A DNA stretch of 64,000 nt from Octopus sinensis (GCF_006345805.1 NC_043024.1:18600001-18664000); one strand, 5' to 3'; counted from the first letter of the stretch, positions 36,587 to 50,421 are shown. Numbers and translations are program-made. The notes: generated by a model not told the origin, from the sequence alone.

Positions 36587-37319
36587 TATTTCAATGATTT
36601 TGCCATAAAGGCAATACACAGAGGGGACACTACAACACATGTGGGGACATATAACAATTAAAAATATAAAAATAAAACATGATATAATGAATGAACATGA
36701 AAATTAACATGAAGAACAAATTAAAATATGACAATATAAATAGAGAGAGAGGATGAGATAGAAAGAGAGATATAGATATTTTTGTGTGTGTGTGTGTGTG
36801 TGTGTTTGTATGTATGTGTGTGTGAATTGGTTTGTGTGTATGTGTGCATGAGTATATGTGTATGGTTGCATCTCCCTATTTTGTCACCGCCATGCAATGA
36901 ATGTCCTTGGCTTACAATGTCCCTGCTTAGGTAAAATACTACTGTGTCAAGAAGAGGGGCTTCTAGGTGTTGTTGAGAGTCTGACTCAACAAAGATAATC
37001 ATGTTGGTGATTACAATGATGATGATGATGATGATGATGATGATGGTGATGGTAATGATGATATGTATTCCGCAACTCTTTAAAAGACATGATCCTACAT
37101 GCTTCAAATATTTCAAACATTCTTCAACTTCTCAAAGACACTTCCATTCTAATATCAGACATTCTAAGAACCAATCTGGAGCAAAAATAAGCTACAGAAT
37201 TAATGACGAGATAGTAAAACACATATGCTGTTCTTTACCATTTCAAACTTGGTGGCGCTTAGAATCTTTCTCAGACATCTATCTGAAATACCCAGTGTTT
37301 TAAAAATACATACCTACAG

Positions 37320-37383
<64 letters not shown>

Positions 37384-37395
37384 GTATATATGTAT

Positions 37396-37446
<51 letters not shown>

Positions 37447-37747
37447 TTACTTTATATAATTAGGTTTCAGCAAAAAAAAAATTTACTTTACCACACTCCG
37501 AACTTTTAGAAATAGCAGCCAAAGAATTTAGCTATTTCTCCTACTATAAGAAGAGTCTCCCAGACAATGTATACTCAAAAACAATTCACGTAGGCATAGA
37601 GGGAAAAATAACGAAAGACCACTCGTAAATTTTTTTTGCTGAACCCTAATTATATTAAGTAATGTTTAAATATACCGTAAATGGTCCTTTTAAATACTGA
37701 ACACTGCTTGGTAAAATTATTAATTACTAATTAATTAATTTTACCCT

Positions 37748-37784
<37 letters not shown>

Positions 37785-37786
37785 TC

Positions 37787-37850
<64 letters not shown>

Positions 37851-37964
37851 TACAGGTGAATATGGTACTTAAGTTGAGGCACCAGAATTTAGTATGGTAT
37901 TATCCATACAATTTTAAAGTAAGGTGATTAAAATCAAAATAAGTAACAAGGATATCCAGAGGTA

Positions 37965-38053
37965 ATGCAGTACAATCGTTTCATGCAACTCCATTTAATT
38001 GAACAATGCAATCATTACATCAATTTAAAATGCAGAGCAATCCTCAGCTGCAC
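37965..38053 (-). ncRNA. Type I hammerhead motif with long stem II, left arm of palindrome 37933-38414
   Basis: GUGCAG CUGAGGA [58-nt imperfect hairpin] GAAAC GAUU GUA CUGCAU; 6-bp stem I. Confidence 0.65.
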
Positions 38054-38293
38054 AAAGGCATAGAATTTAATTAAATTAGAACAGATGGACACATTAGTAT
38101 AATTTTACCTAAAACCTCCAAGACGTTAAGGAGATAGACAAAGAACATTCTGTCTTCACTCCAGCATAAACGTTACTCTATACTGGAGTGGAGACAGCAT
38201 GTTCTTTGTCTATCTCCTTAACTTCTTGGAGATTTTAGGTATAATTATACTAATGTGTCCATCTGTTCTAAGATGCTTAAATTCTATGTCTTT

Positions 38294-38382
38294 GTGCATC
38301 TGAGGATATCTCTACATTTTAAATTGATGTAATGATTGCATTGTTCAATTCAATGGAGTTGCATGAAACGATTGTACTGCAT
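38294..38382 (+). ncRNA. Type I hammerhead motif, right arm of palindrome 37933-38414
   Basis: Same motif; the first base pair of stem I is mismatched (U/C). Confidence 0.5.
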
Positions 38383-39284
38383 TACCTCTGGATATCTTGC
38401 TTACTTATTTTGATATGTATATATATATATAGGGTGAGAGAGAGAGAGAGAGAGAGATACACACACATATATATATACACATACATATAATTTTCTTCTG
38501 CATTTTCCAAAGCTTCAAAACCAATTGCTTTGAAATTCTAGGTATTTCGAAACCTCTCTATCTCTTCATGTTTCAAAGAATATTTTTTTCCTTAGAATTT
38601 TCAAAACCTTATCCAACGTTATTGTGATCACAATCATAAAATGGTGGCATTTAGTGTTGTAGAGTTTATTATGGATGTTCCTGCCTGTCTGCCAAGATTG
38701 GTGGAAGATAAACGTAAAAGATAAAACAGGAAGACATTGCTTCTTACTTTTCATCGTTCCACTAAAATAACCATTCTGTTCATGAAATTGGTTTGTATGT
38801 GTTATCTTTCTGGCCTTCAGGAGAAGTGAACAAAAACTGTTTTAAATTGGTGCCTTATCACCAAACTGTTCATTAAATGAGACTTTTCTGAATAACAGAG
38901 TGTTGATACTAAACATCAGAGGCAAGAAATAATTCTCATATAAGACCAAATCGATAATTCTTAGCTCAAATTCCAAGTAAAGCAGGGAATGCTGGTAAAT
39001 GGGCAGAGGTAGCAGGATCTAAGAAAATTTCTTTATTGTTACAGAGAAAATTCTAAACAATCGCAACATGGGAAAACATATTTAGCCATTCAAATTCTGA
39101 CAGAATCAGTTAACATCACTTAAGCATTTATTAATGACTGTTAAAACATTTGGGGCACTAGTTATGACCTATCACTGATAAGGTCTCACTACAACTGCCC
39201 ATGTATACACACACACACACATTCATACAAGCACATACAAACACATATATAATCTATATATATATATATATATATATATATTTC

Positions 39285-39733
39285 ATTACTGCCCATAAGG
39301 GGCTAAACAGCGGGGACAAATAAGGACAGACAAAGGGATTAAGTCGATTACATCGGCCCCAGTGAAACTGGTACTTTATTTATCGACCCTGAAAGGATGA
39401 TAGGCAAAGTCGACATCTGCGGAATTTGAACTCAGAACGTAACGATAGACAAAATACTGCTAAGTATTTCGCCTGGCGCACTAACGTTTCTGCCAGCTGA
39501 CCTTATATATATATATGTATATATATACACATACACACACACACTCAAATATATACATAGATTTGGTAGACAGGCTTCTTTCAGTTTCCATCTACCAAAT
39601 CCACTCACAAGGCTTTGGTCGGCCCGAGGCTATAGTAGAAGACACTTGCCCAAGGTGCCACGCAGTGGGACTGAACCTGGAACCATGTTGTTGGTAAGCA
39701 AGCTACTTACCACACAGCCACTCCTGCGCCTAT
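39285..39733 (-). mobile_element. SINE family B followed by the 5' half of SINE family A
   Basis: Family B body at 39285-39500; family A head region at 39560-39733. Confidence 0.75.
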
Positions 39734-39848
39734 AAAAATCGACAATAGCGGAATTTGAACTAAGAATAATGAAATGCCGCTAAGCATTATGACCGGCGTG
39801 CTAATGGTTCTGCCAGTTCACAGATTTGTATATTAACAATTTTTAATA

Positions 39849-39901
<53 letters not shown>

Positions 39902-40039
39902 GAAATATGTTACAAAAAGAAAATAGAAACTACACGTGGAAATGTAAGGGGAAAGTAAGAAGAAAAATAAGCGAAAATGCACATTACACATAAAAAATAA
40001 AGGTTTTTTATGAAAAGTAACGATAGATATATACAATTA

Positions 40040-42410
40040 GATGAACTGAGGTAGGAATAAAAGTAACAAAAGTCATTATTGTGAATTGTTAAAGAGATTC
40101 AAAAGTATACCGGTTTTGTGAATTTACTAATCATTGCTTTGAATGCACACCAATTAATGAACAGTGTTAGGTCTACTAGTCCCTGAGTAAAACGATTATG
40201 TGTAAGGGAGGTAAGTAGTTCTGGATTTGGAGGGATTTGGGTAGATATAGATCAGTGATGTGAATGGTGTATGGGATGTATGGGGGTAAGTGGTATTAAT
40301 TGAAAGGTCAGTAGTGTTCTATATTATGTTATGTGTTCATATTGAGTTGGGGAAGATATTTATTGATGAAAGTTGCCTCTTTATTCATTCTTTGTTGTAC
40401 TGAGGTGTTCTGTGAACATTGATAGAAGGGGAAAATTAGCAAATTAGGATTAAGATTCCTAGCACAGCTTTCAATATGTTCACTGACCTGTATCTGCCTG
40501 TATTGTGGGTGGCGGATTTGTTCTTTGTGGAGAGTGGTTCTTTGACAGAGTGATATTCCTGTTTGGCCAATATAATTATTACCATACCCTAAGCATGTAA
40601 TGGTATAGATTAGATTTTCCGAGACACAGGTGAAATTTGATTTGATCTTAAATATTTCACCTTGTTTAAAGTGGAATTCTGAACCCTCCAAAAGGTGGAG
40701 GCATGTACCACAGTTAGGCCGACCGCATTTTTTCCACTTTTGGTTCTGTTGTTAATGGATATAGTCTTGCGCAGGTTAATATTTTTTTTCAATGATTTGG
40801 GTTGTATTTTGCTCTTGATAATTTTGTGTGAGCCTAAAATGCTGTTCCTTGTTTTATCTTCTGTGAGGATGGGAAGATTCTGGATGATAATGTTAAAGGC
40901 TTCGTTGTTTCTAGGGTTATGTGTGGAGATATATGGGAGTATTTTTAAGTCTGGTTTAGTATTTCGGTTGACTTCCCTTAATATATCTATTTCCATAGCT
41001 CGTTTAATGCCATCATTTATTAATTATATTGGGTAATTCTTTTGATTAGTATTGATCTGAGTTCAAGGATTCTTCGTTCACGAGTATAGGGGTCTGAAAC
41101 TATGGTACAGATTCTTTTCGCTAGATTATAAGGTATATTAATTTTTATGTGTTTGGGGTGGCATGAGTTGAATAATAGGTATTGTTTAGAATCTGTGGAT
41201 TTATAGAAGATGTCTGTTTCGATGTGGTTATTGATTATTTTAATTGGGATGTCAAGAAAAGGGAGTTGTTTAGTGCTGTGCCCCATAAATCCTTAAATCC
41301 TTAAAAATGTTTTAGCCCAAAGGCCACGGCCATGCTGGGGCACCACCGCTGAATTGTATGTTGAATTGTATGTTGCTATTAATATTGTTAAGCATTATTT
41401 TGAAATCGAAGAGTTTGTCCATGCTGTCTTTCCAAAGTATAAAGCAATCATCCAAATACCTCTTCCAGTTCTCCTTTAAATAGCAATGAAATGAGGTGCC
41501 ATATTTTTGTAGTGATGATTGATATATTTTAAGCTCTAGGTAACCCCTTACAAGGTTCACAATCACTAGAGCCACTCGGGTTCCAATTGCAATTCCACTT
41601 TTTTGTCGATAGTAAACTGTATCGAACATGAAATAGTTGTTCAGTTGGATGAATTTGAGTGTTGCGATTATGAATCTGTGGTTGATGCATCCTGGGATCT
41701 CTTCAGGGTATTTTTCTAGCCAGAATATGATCGCTTCTATACCATAATCATGTAGGATATTGGTGTACAAATTCACCACATCGAATGATACTAACAGAGT
41801 TCCTTCATTTATTGTCTTCAGGAGGTGGTTCAACATGTCTAAGTCATTCCTGATGAAGCTTTCCACATATTTTAGAAACGGTTTGAGTAAGATGTTGAGG
41901 AAGTTGCTCAAACGGTGGGTTTCACGAGCAGGGCCAGCAATGATGTGTCTCAGTTTGAGGTCAGTAGGGGGAGGAACATTAATGCATAGGCTTGGAGAAA
42001 CTTTGCAAGCTTTTACAAATATGTAGATTTTTGTGTATTTTAGGTAATCCGTAAAATAGACTAGGTCTGTATTTAAAATTGGATAAATAGTCTATTTCAT
42101 GTTTCGCGAGGCCCTTTCCATGTATTTGAAGTAAGGAGGATAAAGTTTTAATTGTCTTCTGTGGGTTGTGTTGTAATATCTTCTAATAGTAAATATTATT
42201 TTCCAACATGGAGAGTATTAAATTTTTATAGTACTCTGTGTCCATCACTACTACCGCATTTCCTTTGTCGGCTTCTTTAATGGTGAGGCTTATATAATTT
42301 TTTAACTCGATTAGGTCTTTCCATTCATTTGCATTAAGGTTGGACTTAATTTGTTGTTTTGGTACGGTATTAAAAGGAAAACTGGTAATGAGCTCACAAG
42401 AAGCATCAAG
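40040..42410 (-). mobile_element. Penelope-like element (RT + GIY-YIG, Neptune-like), disrupted
   Basis: [13 protein letters not shown]; LVSFDVVNLYTNI; YYRQKSGIAIGT; RYLDDCF; LPFLDI..FYKSTD..QYLLFNSCHP; linker CGRPNCGTC; NLIYTITC..NNYIGQT..R..LH..VSEH. Split over several frames. Confidence 0.92.
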
Positions 42411-42685
42411 TGTATGCAAATGTATATGTATACTCACACACATATATATGTATACATATACATATATACATACATATGGATATGTATATGCATATATATA
42501 TATATATGTATGTATATATGTATGTACATATATATATATGCGTGTGTATATAAATATATACATACGTGTGTATATAAATATATGTATATATATGTATATA
42601 AATATATGTATATATATGTATATAAATATATATATACATATGAATATAAATATATATATGAATATAAATATATATATGTATATAA

Positions 42686-42776
<91 letters not shown>

Positions 42777-42800
42777 TATACACACACATGCACACACAAT
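42410..42800. repeat. (TA)n/(TATG)n microsatellite at the 5' break of the PLE
   Basis: Read directly. Confidence 0.95.
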
Positions 42801-42987
42801 CACTTGCACACACATATATGATAAGATGAGTTTTGACAATTGGCCAGATTATTTTGCTTGTTGCAACAACATATAAAAAAACAAAAGCTAAGAAGCCACA
42901 GCAGCAGCAGCAGCAGCAACAGAGCAGCACAAGCACCATCATCATCATCATAAACATTATCAGCACCACCACCACCACACCACCACC

Positions 42988-43019
<32 letters not shown>

Positions 43020-43189
43020 CAACAACAACAACCACGACAACATAAAGAACAATAATTCATTAACAAACGACGTTTCTAACAAATCAGAATATAATTATGG
43101 TATGTTTAAGCTATGTCATTCCATATTTAACTCTGACGTCTCAACAACAGAATTTCTCTTTTTTTTCCTTATTAAAAATGACATGCAAC

Positions 43190-43234
<45 letters not shown>

Positions 43235-43339
43235 CATTATTATTATTATCATCATTATCATCATTATTATTATTGTTGTTGTTATTATTACTATTATTAT
43301 TATTATTATTGTTATTATTATTATTGGTGTTGTTATTAA

Positions 43340-43373
<34 letters not shown>

Positions 43374-43500
43374 GTTGTTATTATTACTATTATTATTGTT
43401 GTTATTATTAATATTATTATTATTATTATTATTAATATTATTATTATTATTGTTGTTATTATTACTATTATTATTGTTGTTATTATTAATATTATTATCA

Positions 43501-43546
<46 letters not shown>

Positions 43547-43740
43547 GTTATTATTATTATTGTTATTATTATTATTGTCATTATTACTACTATCATCATC
43601 ATTATTATTATTGTTATTATTATTATTGTTATTATTATTATTGTTATTATTATTATTGTTATTATTATTATTGTTGTTATATTACTATTATTATTATTAT
43701 CATCATCATCATCATCATCATTATAATATTATTATTATTA

Positions 43741-43771
<31 letters not shown>

Positions 43772-43860
43772 GTCATTATTACTACTATCATCATCATTAT
43801 TATTATTATTATCATCATTATTATTAATTTTTTATTATTATTATCATTATTATTAATTTT
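43190..43860. repeat. (ATT)n compound microsatellite
   Basis: Read directly. Confidence 0.95.
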
Positions 43861-44276
43861 ATTTGTTTCTTGTGACAACCAACTGTAACAGCATTTAATT
43901 TTTTCGCAAACTGTTTATTAATTAATCAAAATAATTAAGTTAACCGTTTCTCAAATCGCAAGAGTTAACTAAATTAATTCAAAGTTATTTATTTATTATT
44001 AATTTCTTTGTTTGTTTTTTTACAAACTGTCTCATGCGGCGATTTCCTTTTACCATTCTGCAGTTAATTCAAAGAGACGTTAACACAAATAAACCATTCT
44101 GTGAATTTCTGAGTTGTAAATATTTTTTGACTTCTAATTCGATCTGAGACTTTGTTTGAAACTGATTTCATGCCATCAACGAGGATTTCTTTATTTCATT
44201 TACCATTTATGGAATTTAAAAAAATGATTTATTCTTATTTTACATTTTATTTCTGAACTAGCAGTATCGCCCGGCA

Positions 44277-44992
44277 TTGCTCGGGTTTGTTTCGACCCTT
44301 TAGATTGGAATTTTTGCATTATGTAGCTTGTTATTCTCTTTAAGTGAACATTTTTCTGGTTGAAATACACCGAAAAATGGTGACACAGCAGTCAAAAAAT
44401 CGTAAAAAATAGGGATTTTCATATATTATATATCCAACATACAAGGATGTGAAACAAATTATGATGGCTTCGTTTTTATCGCAAGTTCCCTATGTTTCTT
44501 TCCATGGTGTCAATTGGAAAGCTGGATGTCTTGCAAGCAGGGCTCAAATTATTTCGAAGTCCCAATCTTCTTGATAACAACATACGTATATATACATACT
44601 AGCAGTATCGCCTGGCATTACTCGGGTTTGTTTCGACCCTTTAGAATTGGAATTTTTGAAAAGTAAAAATTTTTCATTATATAGCTTGTTATTCTCTTTG
44701 AGTGAACATTTTTCTGGTTGAAATACACCGAAAAATAGCGACACAGCAGTCAAAAAATCGTAAAAAATAGGGATTTTCATAGAAAAAAGCACCTTTTTGA
44801 TGTAAATAATTTTTGGTGTTAACATGGTCTGATTTGAATTTTATCTTCTACGGAATGAAGAACAAGCCTTCTTCTATCATACTTTCAATTTTGGTCAACT
44901 TGTGTCGCAGGGTCTTGGAGGAGATAGTGTTAGTTGAAGGCTACCAAACCTGCCACACACACAGACAACTTCAGCTTTATATAGAGAGAGAT
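44277..44992 (-). mobile_element. Two non-autonomous Helitron copies (one partial, one full)
   Basis: ACTAGCAGTATCGCC.GGCATT.CTCGGGTTTG at ~44277 and ~44598; full copy ends CTTCAGCTTTATATAGAGAGAGAT; same family as 24148-24545. Confidence 0.75.
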
Positions 44993-45662
44993 TAGTCAGT
45001 CACAGGCAAGGCTGCGTGGTTAAGAAGCAGTCTTCTGGACTATGTGGTTTTGAGTTCAATCTTCCTATGCTCCTGTGTGATACCTTGGCAAGTGTTTTCT
45101 ATTGTAGCCTCAAGCTGACTAGGACTTTGTGAGTTGGATTTGCCAGATGGAAACGGAAAGAAGGTCATCATGTATAATATCATCATCATCATTATAATCT
45201 TCATTATTATGGGTTGGATTGAGTTTATTGAGGCAGATTCTCTACCACTGGATACTCTTCCTGGCATCGTTCCTCACCTGTTTGCAAGTTAATATTTCCA
45301 CATGACCAGGTAGGCTTTGGCACAATTTTGAAATAAACAGTATTTTGCTTGAGTGACTGTGACACTCAACTAGAACTATGAGAAGATAAGGAGACCCAAA
45401 CACACACACACACACAATATACTGGGATTATCAAATCCACTCACAAGACTTTTGTTTGCCCAAGTTTGAAGTAGAAGTCACTTGCCCAAAGTGTTGAACA
45501 GTGGGACTGAACCCCTAACCAGGCAGGGGAGAAGCAAACATCCGAATCATACAGCCCTGGCTGCAGCTCTCTCTCTCTCTCTCTCTGTATATATATACAT
45601 ACATATAAATATATATAGCCACACACACATGCTCACGCACACACACACACACGTATATGTAT

Positions 45663-45882
45663 GTACAGGGTTTTGCAGATAAATTGAGACAATTTTTATG
45701 AAGCATAAAACTGGCTATAAATACTAAAATAATGGCAATAGACAGATATAAATTTAATGTAACATTTATTACAACAAAAACATTTATCAGTTAATATGGC
45801 CTCCCTTTTGGGCAATTACTGCCTCCACACAAGAAAGAAATGTTTTTGGTAGCTGCCAGAATCTCCGCCTTTGATTTAGATT
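45663..45882 (-). mobile_element. 3' end of a Tc1-superfamily transposon
   Basis: TA|CAGGG.. terminus; minus strand reads VEAVIAQKGGHIN-stop, a typical Tc1/maT C-terminus; cut by the gap. Confidence 0.6.
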
Positions 45883-45982
45883 NNNNNNNNNNNNNNNNNN
45901 NNNNNNNNNNNNNNNNNNNNNNNNNNNNNNNNNNNNNNNNNNNNNNNNNNNNNNNNNNNNNNNNNNNNNNNNNNNNNNNNNN
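45883..45982. other. Assembly gap (100 N)
   Basis: Read directly. Confidence 1.
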
Positions 45983-47016
45983 AGGACAACTTTGGTAGAA
46001 TTTGATCCCAGAATGTAAAGACGGATGGAATACTAACAGTTCTGCCAGAATACTAAGTGTTACTGAAATCAAAATCAATATTGGTGGGGTTCAACTATAG
46101 AATTGAAAAGGGCTTAGAACACACTAGAATCCTAATCGACCTTAATTAATATCTAATACTTGTTGATCTCATGGCTAAATTTATAATAAATCAATTCATT
46201 GAATTTCACATTTTCACCTCAAGATTCTTCAGATTCTGTTGAAATCAATATGGCAAACAACAATTCCTCTGAACTGAAATTATGATTCATGCTCTTGATC
46301 AAGGAGTTCCTCTCACTTTTCCACATTTTGGTGCAAAGTACCACATGCATGACAAAATGCAAAATAGAGCATTGACATTCCTATGCGTGTTTGCATGCAT
46401 GAATAACACGAATGCGAATATATCTGTGTGTTGTGTGTGTGTGTGTGTGTGTGCATGTGTGCATGTCCATGTGTGCATCAGATATGAGTGCGTTTATCCA
46501 TTATATAATGTGTGCATGCATCAGCTATGTGCACAGGTGCACTTGCATGAATATATATATATATTGGTAAAAACGGTAAGATAAAAAAAGATATATATAT
46601 GTATGGATGTATACATATATACATGTATATATATATGTATGTATGTATGTATATAGATATATACATATACATATATGCATGTGTATTGATATATATAGGT
46701 GTGCATGTGTGTGTGGATATATATATGTGTGTATGTGTGTGTATACATTTGTGTGTCTGTGTTTGTCCCCCCAACATCGCTTGACAACCGATGCTGGTGT
46801 GTTTACATCCCCATAACTTAGTGGCTCGGCAAAAGAGACTGATAGAATAAGTACTAGGCTTACAAAGAATAAGTCCTGGGGTCGATTTGCTCAACTACAG
46901 GTGGTGCTCCAGCATGGCCACATTGAAATGACTGAGACAAGTAAAAGAGTAAAGAGAGTATAAGCAAGAGGCACATGCCGGATTTGCCTCATGTTTATAT
47001 GTTTAATCTAGGCGTA

Positions 47017-47085
47017 CCTGTTGATGAAGACTTCACCTAGCAAATTATTTTATTTGCTAAAAATAGTCTGAAACCATGGTCGAGG
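47017..47085 (+). ncRNA. Decayed type I hammerhead motif
   Basis: CCUG UUGAUGA AGAC..UAGCAAAU/AUUUGCUA..GUCU GAAAC CAUG GUC GAGG; C3U change and one stem I mismatch. Confidence 0.5.
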
Positions 47086-47292
47086 AGCTTGATGTTAAAT
47101 ATTTTTATTTTTCATTCCCTTTGTGTTTTTATCCTTAATAGTGGTTTGGACTTTAGCTGTTCCTTCTAGCATGAAAGGAATCCTATGACGGATACCTCTT
47201 ATGTGTTTAAATGTACACTGTATTTATATGAACTATATATATTCATATGTATATATCAATATATATACGTATATATATATATACATATATAC

Positions 47293-47358
<66 letters not shown>

Positions 47359-47949
47359 GAATATATACATACACACACACACACTCACATATACATCTAT
47401 GATTATCATCACTTCCCTTTAGTGTTAGTTTCATATGTGGTTATTCAACCAGATATTGAAAATAGCAGTTACAGTTATAGAACAAGAAATTACACAGTGC
47501 CATTCAAAAAAGAAAAGGAAAAAAAAGAAAAGTTCCATATATAATATATATATATATATATATATGTATGTTGTATATATAATATGTATATATATATATA
47601 TATGTATTATATATATATATAATATGTATATATATATATAATATTTATGTATATATATATATTCCCTCTCTCTCTTTCGGAGTGGCACTGAGCATCTATA
47701 CGCACACATACACACCAAAACAGTAACTTCCACCTACTGAATTCAATCACAAAGCTCTGGTCGGCTCGGGGCTATAGTGGAAGACACCTACCCAAAGTGC
47801 CACGTAGTGGGACTGAACCCGAAACCATGTAGCTAGGAAGCAAGCTATATATATATATAATATATATATAATGTATATGTGTGTGTGTGTGTGTGGTGTG
47901 TGTATGTATATATATATATTTATGAATGGTATGTATGTGTGTATGAATG

Positions 47950-48830
47950 GAATTTCAACCGTGTTTCGTGGTCTGTTACCACAACAGCTCCTTTATAGGA
48001 TCAAGTTAGTTCAAGACATCATCAGGAGGAACCACGTCCAATTTCGGCCCCTACTCCTCTACCGTTTTGACATGGTGGCCCCCCCCCTTTCGGAGGTGTC
48101 CTCAGCTCTGTTGTTGGGTGCATGTCTCCTTTCTTCTTCTTTCTTCTGTTCCCTGGCCTCTTCAATGTAGTGTCAACAAGTGTCAGCCGGTGACTGACTG
48201 TCCTGTCGAATTTTTCCCTTTAAATACCTGCTGCTAGGCTCCAGCAGGCAGCCTCAGCAATTTGTCACGTGACACTGTCTCAATTTTAACTGACCAATGA
48301 AGGCGCGTAGTCTCAGCCCATGCATTCTCTAAACGACCGTCACCTGTCAGTCAGTGAAGCTAATTCAGTGTCAGCTTGTCTCACCTAGTGATGTTATTTC
48401 CCGCCAGCATGTTATGACTTTCAAGCCATTTTTGGTCTTCCCGCTTCAGCCATATATAGAAGCTGGCTTTTTCGATCACCTCCTGTACACTCCTTATTAG
48501 TTTTCTCAACTCCGAGCTAGAAAAAACAAATCTTCTTTTGAATAGCATTGTCATTTTTCTTTCAATAAAGCCCCTAACCCCCACTGCCAGGTGGTAATAC
48601 TCGACATTCTATCCCTGTTCTCTGCTTTCTTCGATTAGCTTTTCGTACCTCTTCTCCTTTCGTTCCTCTGCATTGCCGATGTTCTCTTCCCATAGAACTG
48701 TCAGTTCTAGCAAAATTCCTATTCTCCATTCTCTGTTCCATTGGACTAAATCTAGTCTTTTTGTCGTTCTTATTAGTGGAAATATTACTAGTCTTTCCAA
48801 ATCCGTGGCCAGCTCCCAGTATCCCTTCTG
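47950..48830 (-). mobile_element. 3' end of an RLE-type non-LTR retrotransposon (HERO/NeSL-like)
   Basis: R.DLV.W....ILLELTV.WEENI..AEERKEKRYE.L.EE.R..G..VEYY...VG.RG..KASFYIWLKR, followed by a GC-richer 3' UTR. Confidence 0.7.
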
Positions 48831-49115
48831 TACGTGGCCAATGCCAGCGCCACCTTGACTGGCTTCTGTGTCGGTGGCACATAAAAACCACCAACCAATC
48901 GTGGCCGTTGCCAGCCTCCCGTGGCACCTGTACCGGTGGCACGTAAAAAGCACCCACTACACATACGGTGTGGTTGGCGTTAGGAAGGGCATCCAGCTGT
49001 AGAAATTCTGCCAGATAAGACTGGAGCCTGGTGCAGCCTCCTGGCTTCCCAGACCCCGGTCGAACCCTCCAACCCATGCTAGCATGGAAAACAGACGTTA
49101 AACGATGATGATGAT
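48830..49115 (+). mobile_element. Family C element
   Basis: Two modules plus RTE-like tail. Confidence 0.75.
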
Positions 49116-49303
49116 GCTTTGAGAATATTCTACTATGCATTGGAGTCAATTCATTCTTTTTCTGTACTTATCTTGTTCATTTATTGGTTTCTAATGTTGA
49201 TTTCATTCAGGGTCTCGTTTATATTAATTGATGTTTACTAATTTTATTAGCCATTCTATATCTTAATTAGCTTTATTTCTCTTAATGTTGTTTAAATTGC
49301 TTC

Positions 49304-49687
49304 TTACTCTTTTTACTCTTATACTTGTTTCAGTAATTTGACTGTGGCCATGCTGGAGCACCGCCTTTAGTCCAGCAAATCAACCCCATGACTTATTCTT
49401 TGTAAGCCCAGTACTTATTCTATTGGTCTCTTTTGCCAAACCACTAAGTTACAGGGACGTAAACACACCAGCATCGGTTGTCAAGTGATGTTGAGGGGGA
49501 CAAACACAGACACACAAACATATACATACACACATATATACGACGGGCGTCTTTAAGTTTCCATCTACCAAATCTAGTCACAAGGCTATAGTAGAGGACA
49601 CTTGCCCAAGGTGCCAAGCAGTGTGACTAAACCCAGAACCATGTGGTTGGTAAGCAAGCTACTTACCTCACAACCACTCCTATGCCT
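49304..49687 (-). mobile_element. SINE family A
   Basis: Alignment to other copies. Confidence 0.85.
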
Positions 49688-50199
49688 CTTAGTTCATAAG
49701 TTTACTGCTTTTGAAATTATTTCTCATTTTATCCTCTTCTAATTAACCATTTCAGAAATTGCTCCTTTTCAGTTTGTCAATTATATTATTAATATACTCA
49801 TTTGAGACAAGAATTCTGAAGATTATCGCAGAGTAAGAACAAATTAGGAAGGCATTTTCCATAATGAAAGATGTGCTTAAAGAATGGTTAGACAAGACCC
49901 TGCATGTACCACTCTCTTCAATGGTAACCATTCTACCTGAGTTCTGATATGCAAGAGTAACAATGGCTACTATAAAACAGAGGAAGTTTCACTGGAATTG
50001 GTACCACGTAAGTAAAAAGCAGTGGTGATGGTACCATGTAAAATGCACTCAGGACAATCTGTAAAGTTGTTGGCATTAGGAAGGGCATCCAGCTCTAGAA
50101 ACCAAATCAAGTATAGACTAAAGAACTTGGCATAGGCCTTGGTCTTTCCAGCGCCTCTCAAACCGTATGACCCATATGAGCATGAGAAACAGACATTAA

Positions 50200-50421
50200 A
50201 TGATGAAGATGGTAGTGGTGGTAGTGGTGATGATAAATGATGATGATAGTGATGAAGATGACGATGATAATGATGATGACTATAAAGATGATGATGATGG
50301 TGGTGGTACTGGTGAAGATGATAACAATGATGACAACGATGATGATGACGATGATGATGATGACGACTATAATGGTGATGATGATGGTGGTGGTAATGGT
50401 GATAATGACAATGATGATGAC

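Noticed and set aside
13989-38724. Phase-compatible exon chain 4410-4594, 13989-14039, 23704-23767, 38596-38724
   Set aside because: AG/GT pairs with compatible phase are easy to find by chance in 35 kb; the acceptors of the middle pieces are weak and the joined peptide has no recognisable homology.
40158-40210. UCCCU..AAAC..GUA AGGGA near the PLE 3' end
   Set aside because: Core and stem II are missing; too little remains to call a ribozyme.
47955-48035. CUGAUGA..GAAAC ACG GUU on minus in the RLE-LINE 3' UTR
   Set aside because: Only 2 bp of stem I, and stem II does not close onto the core.
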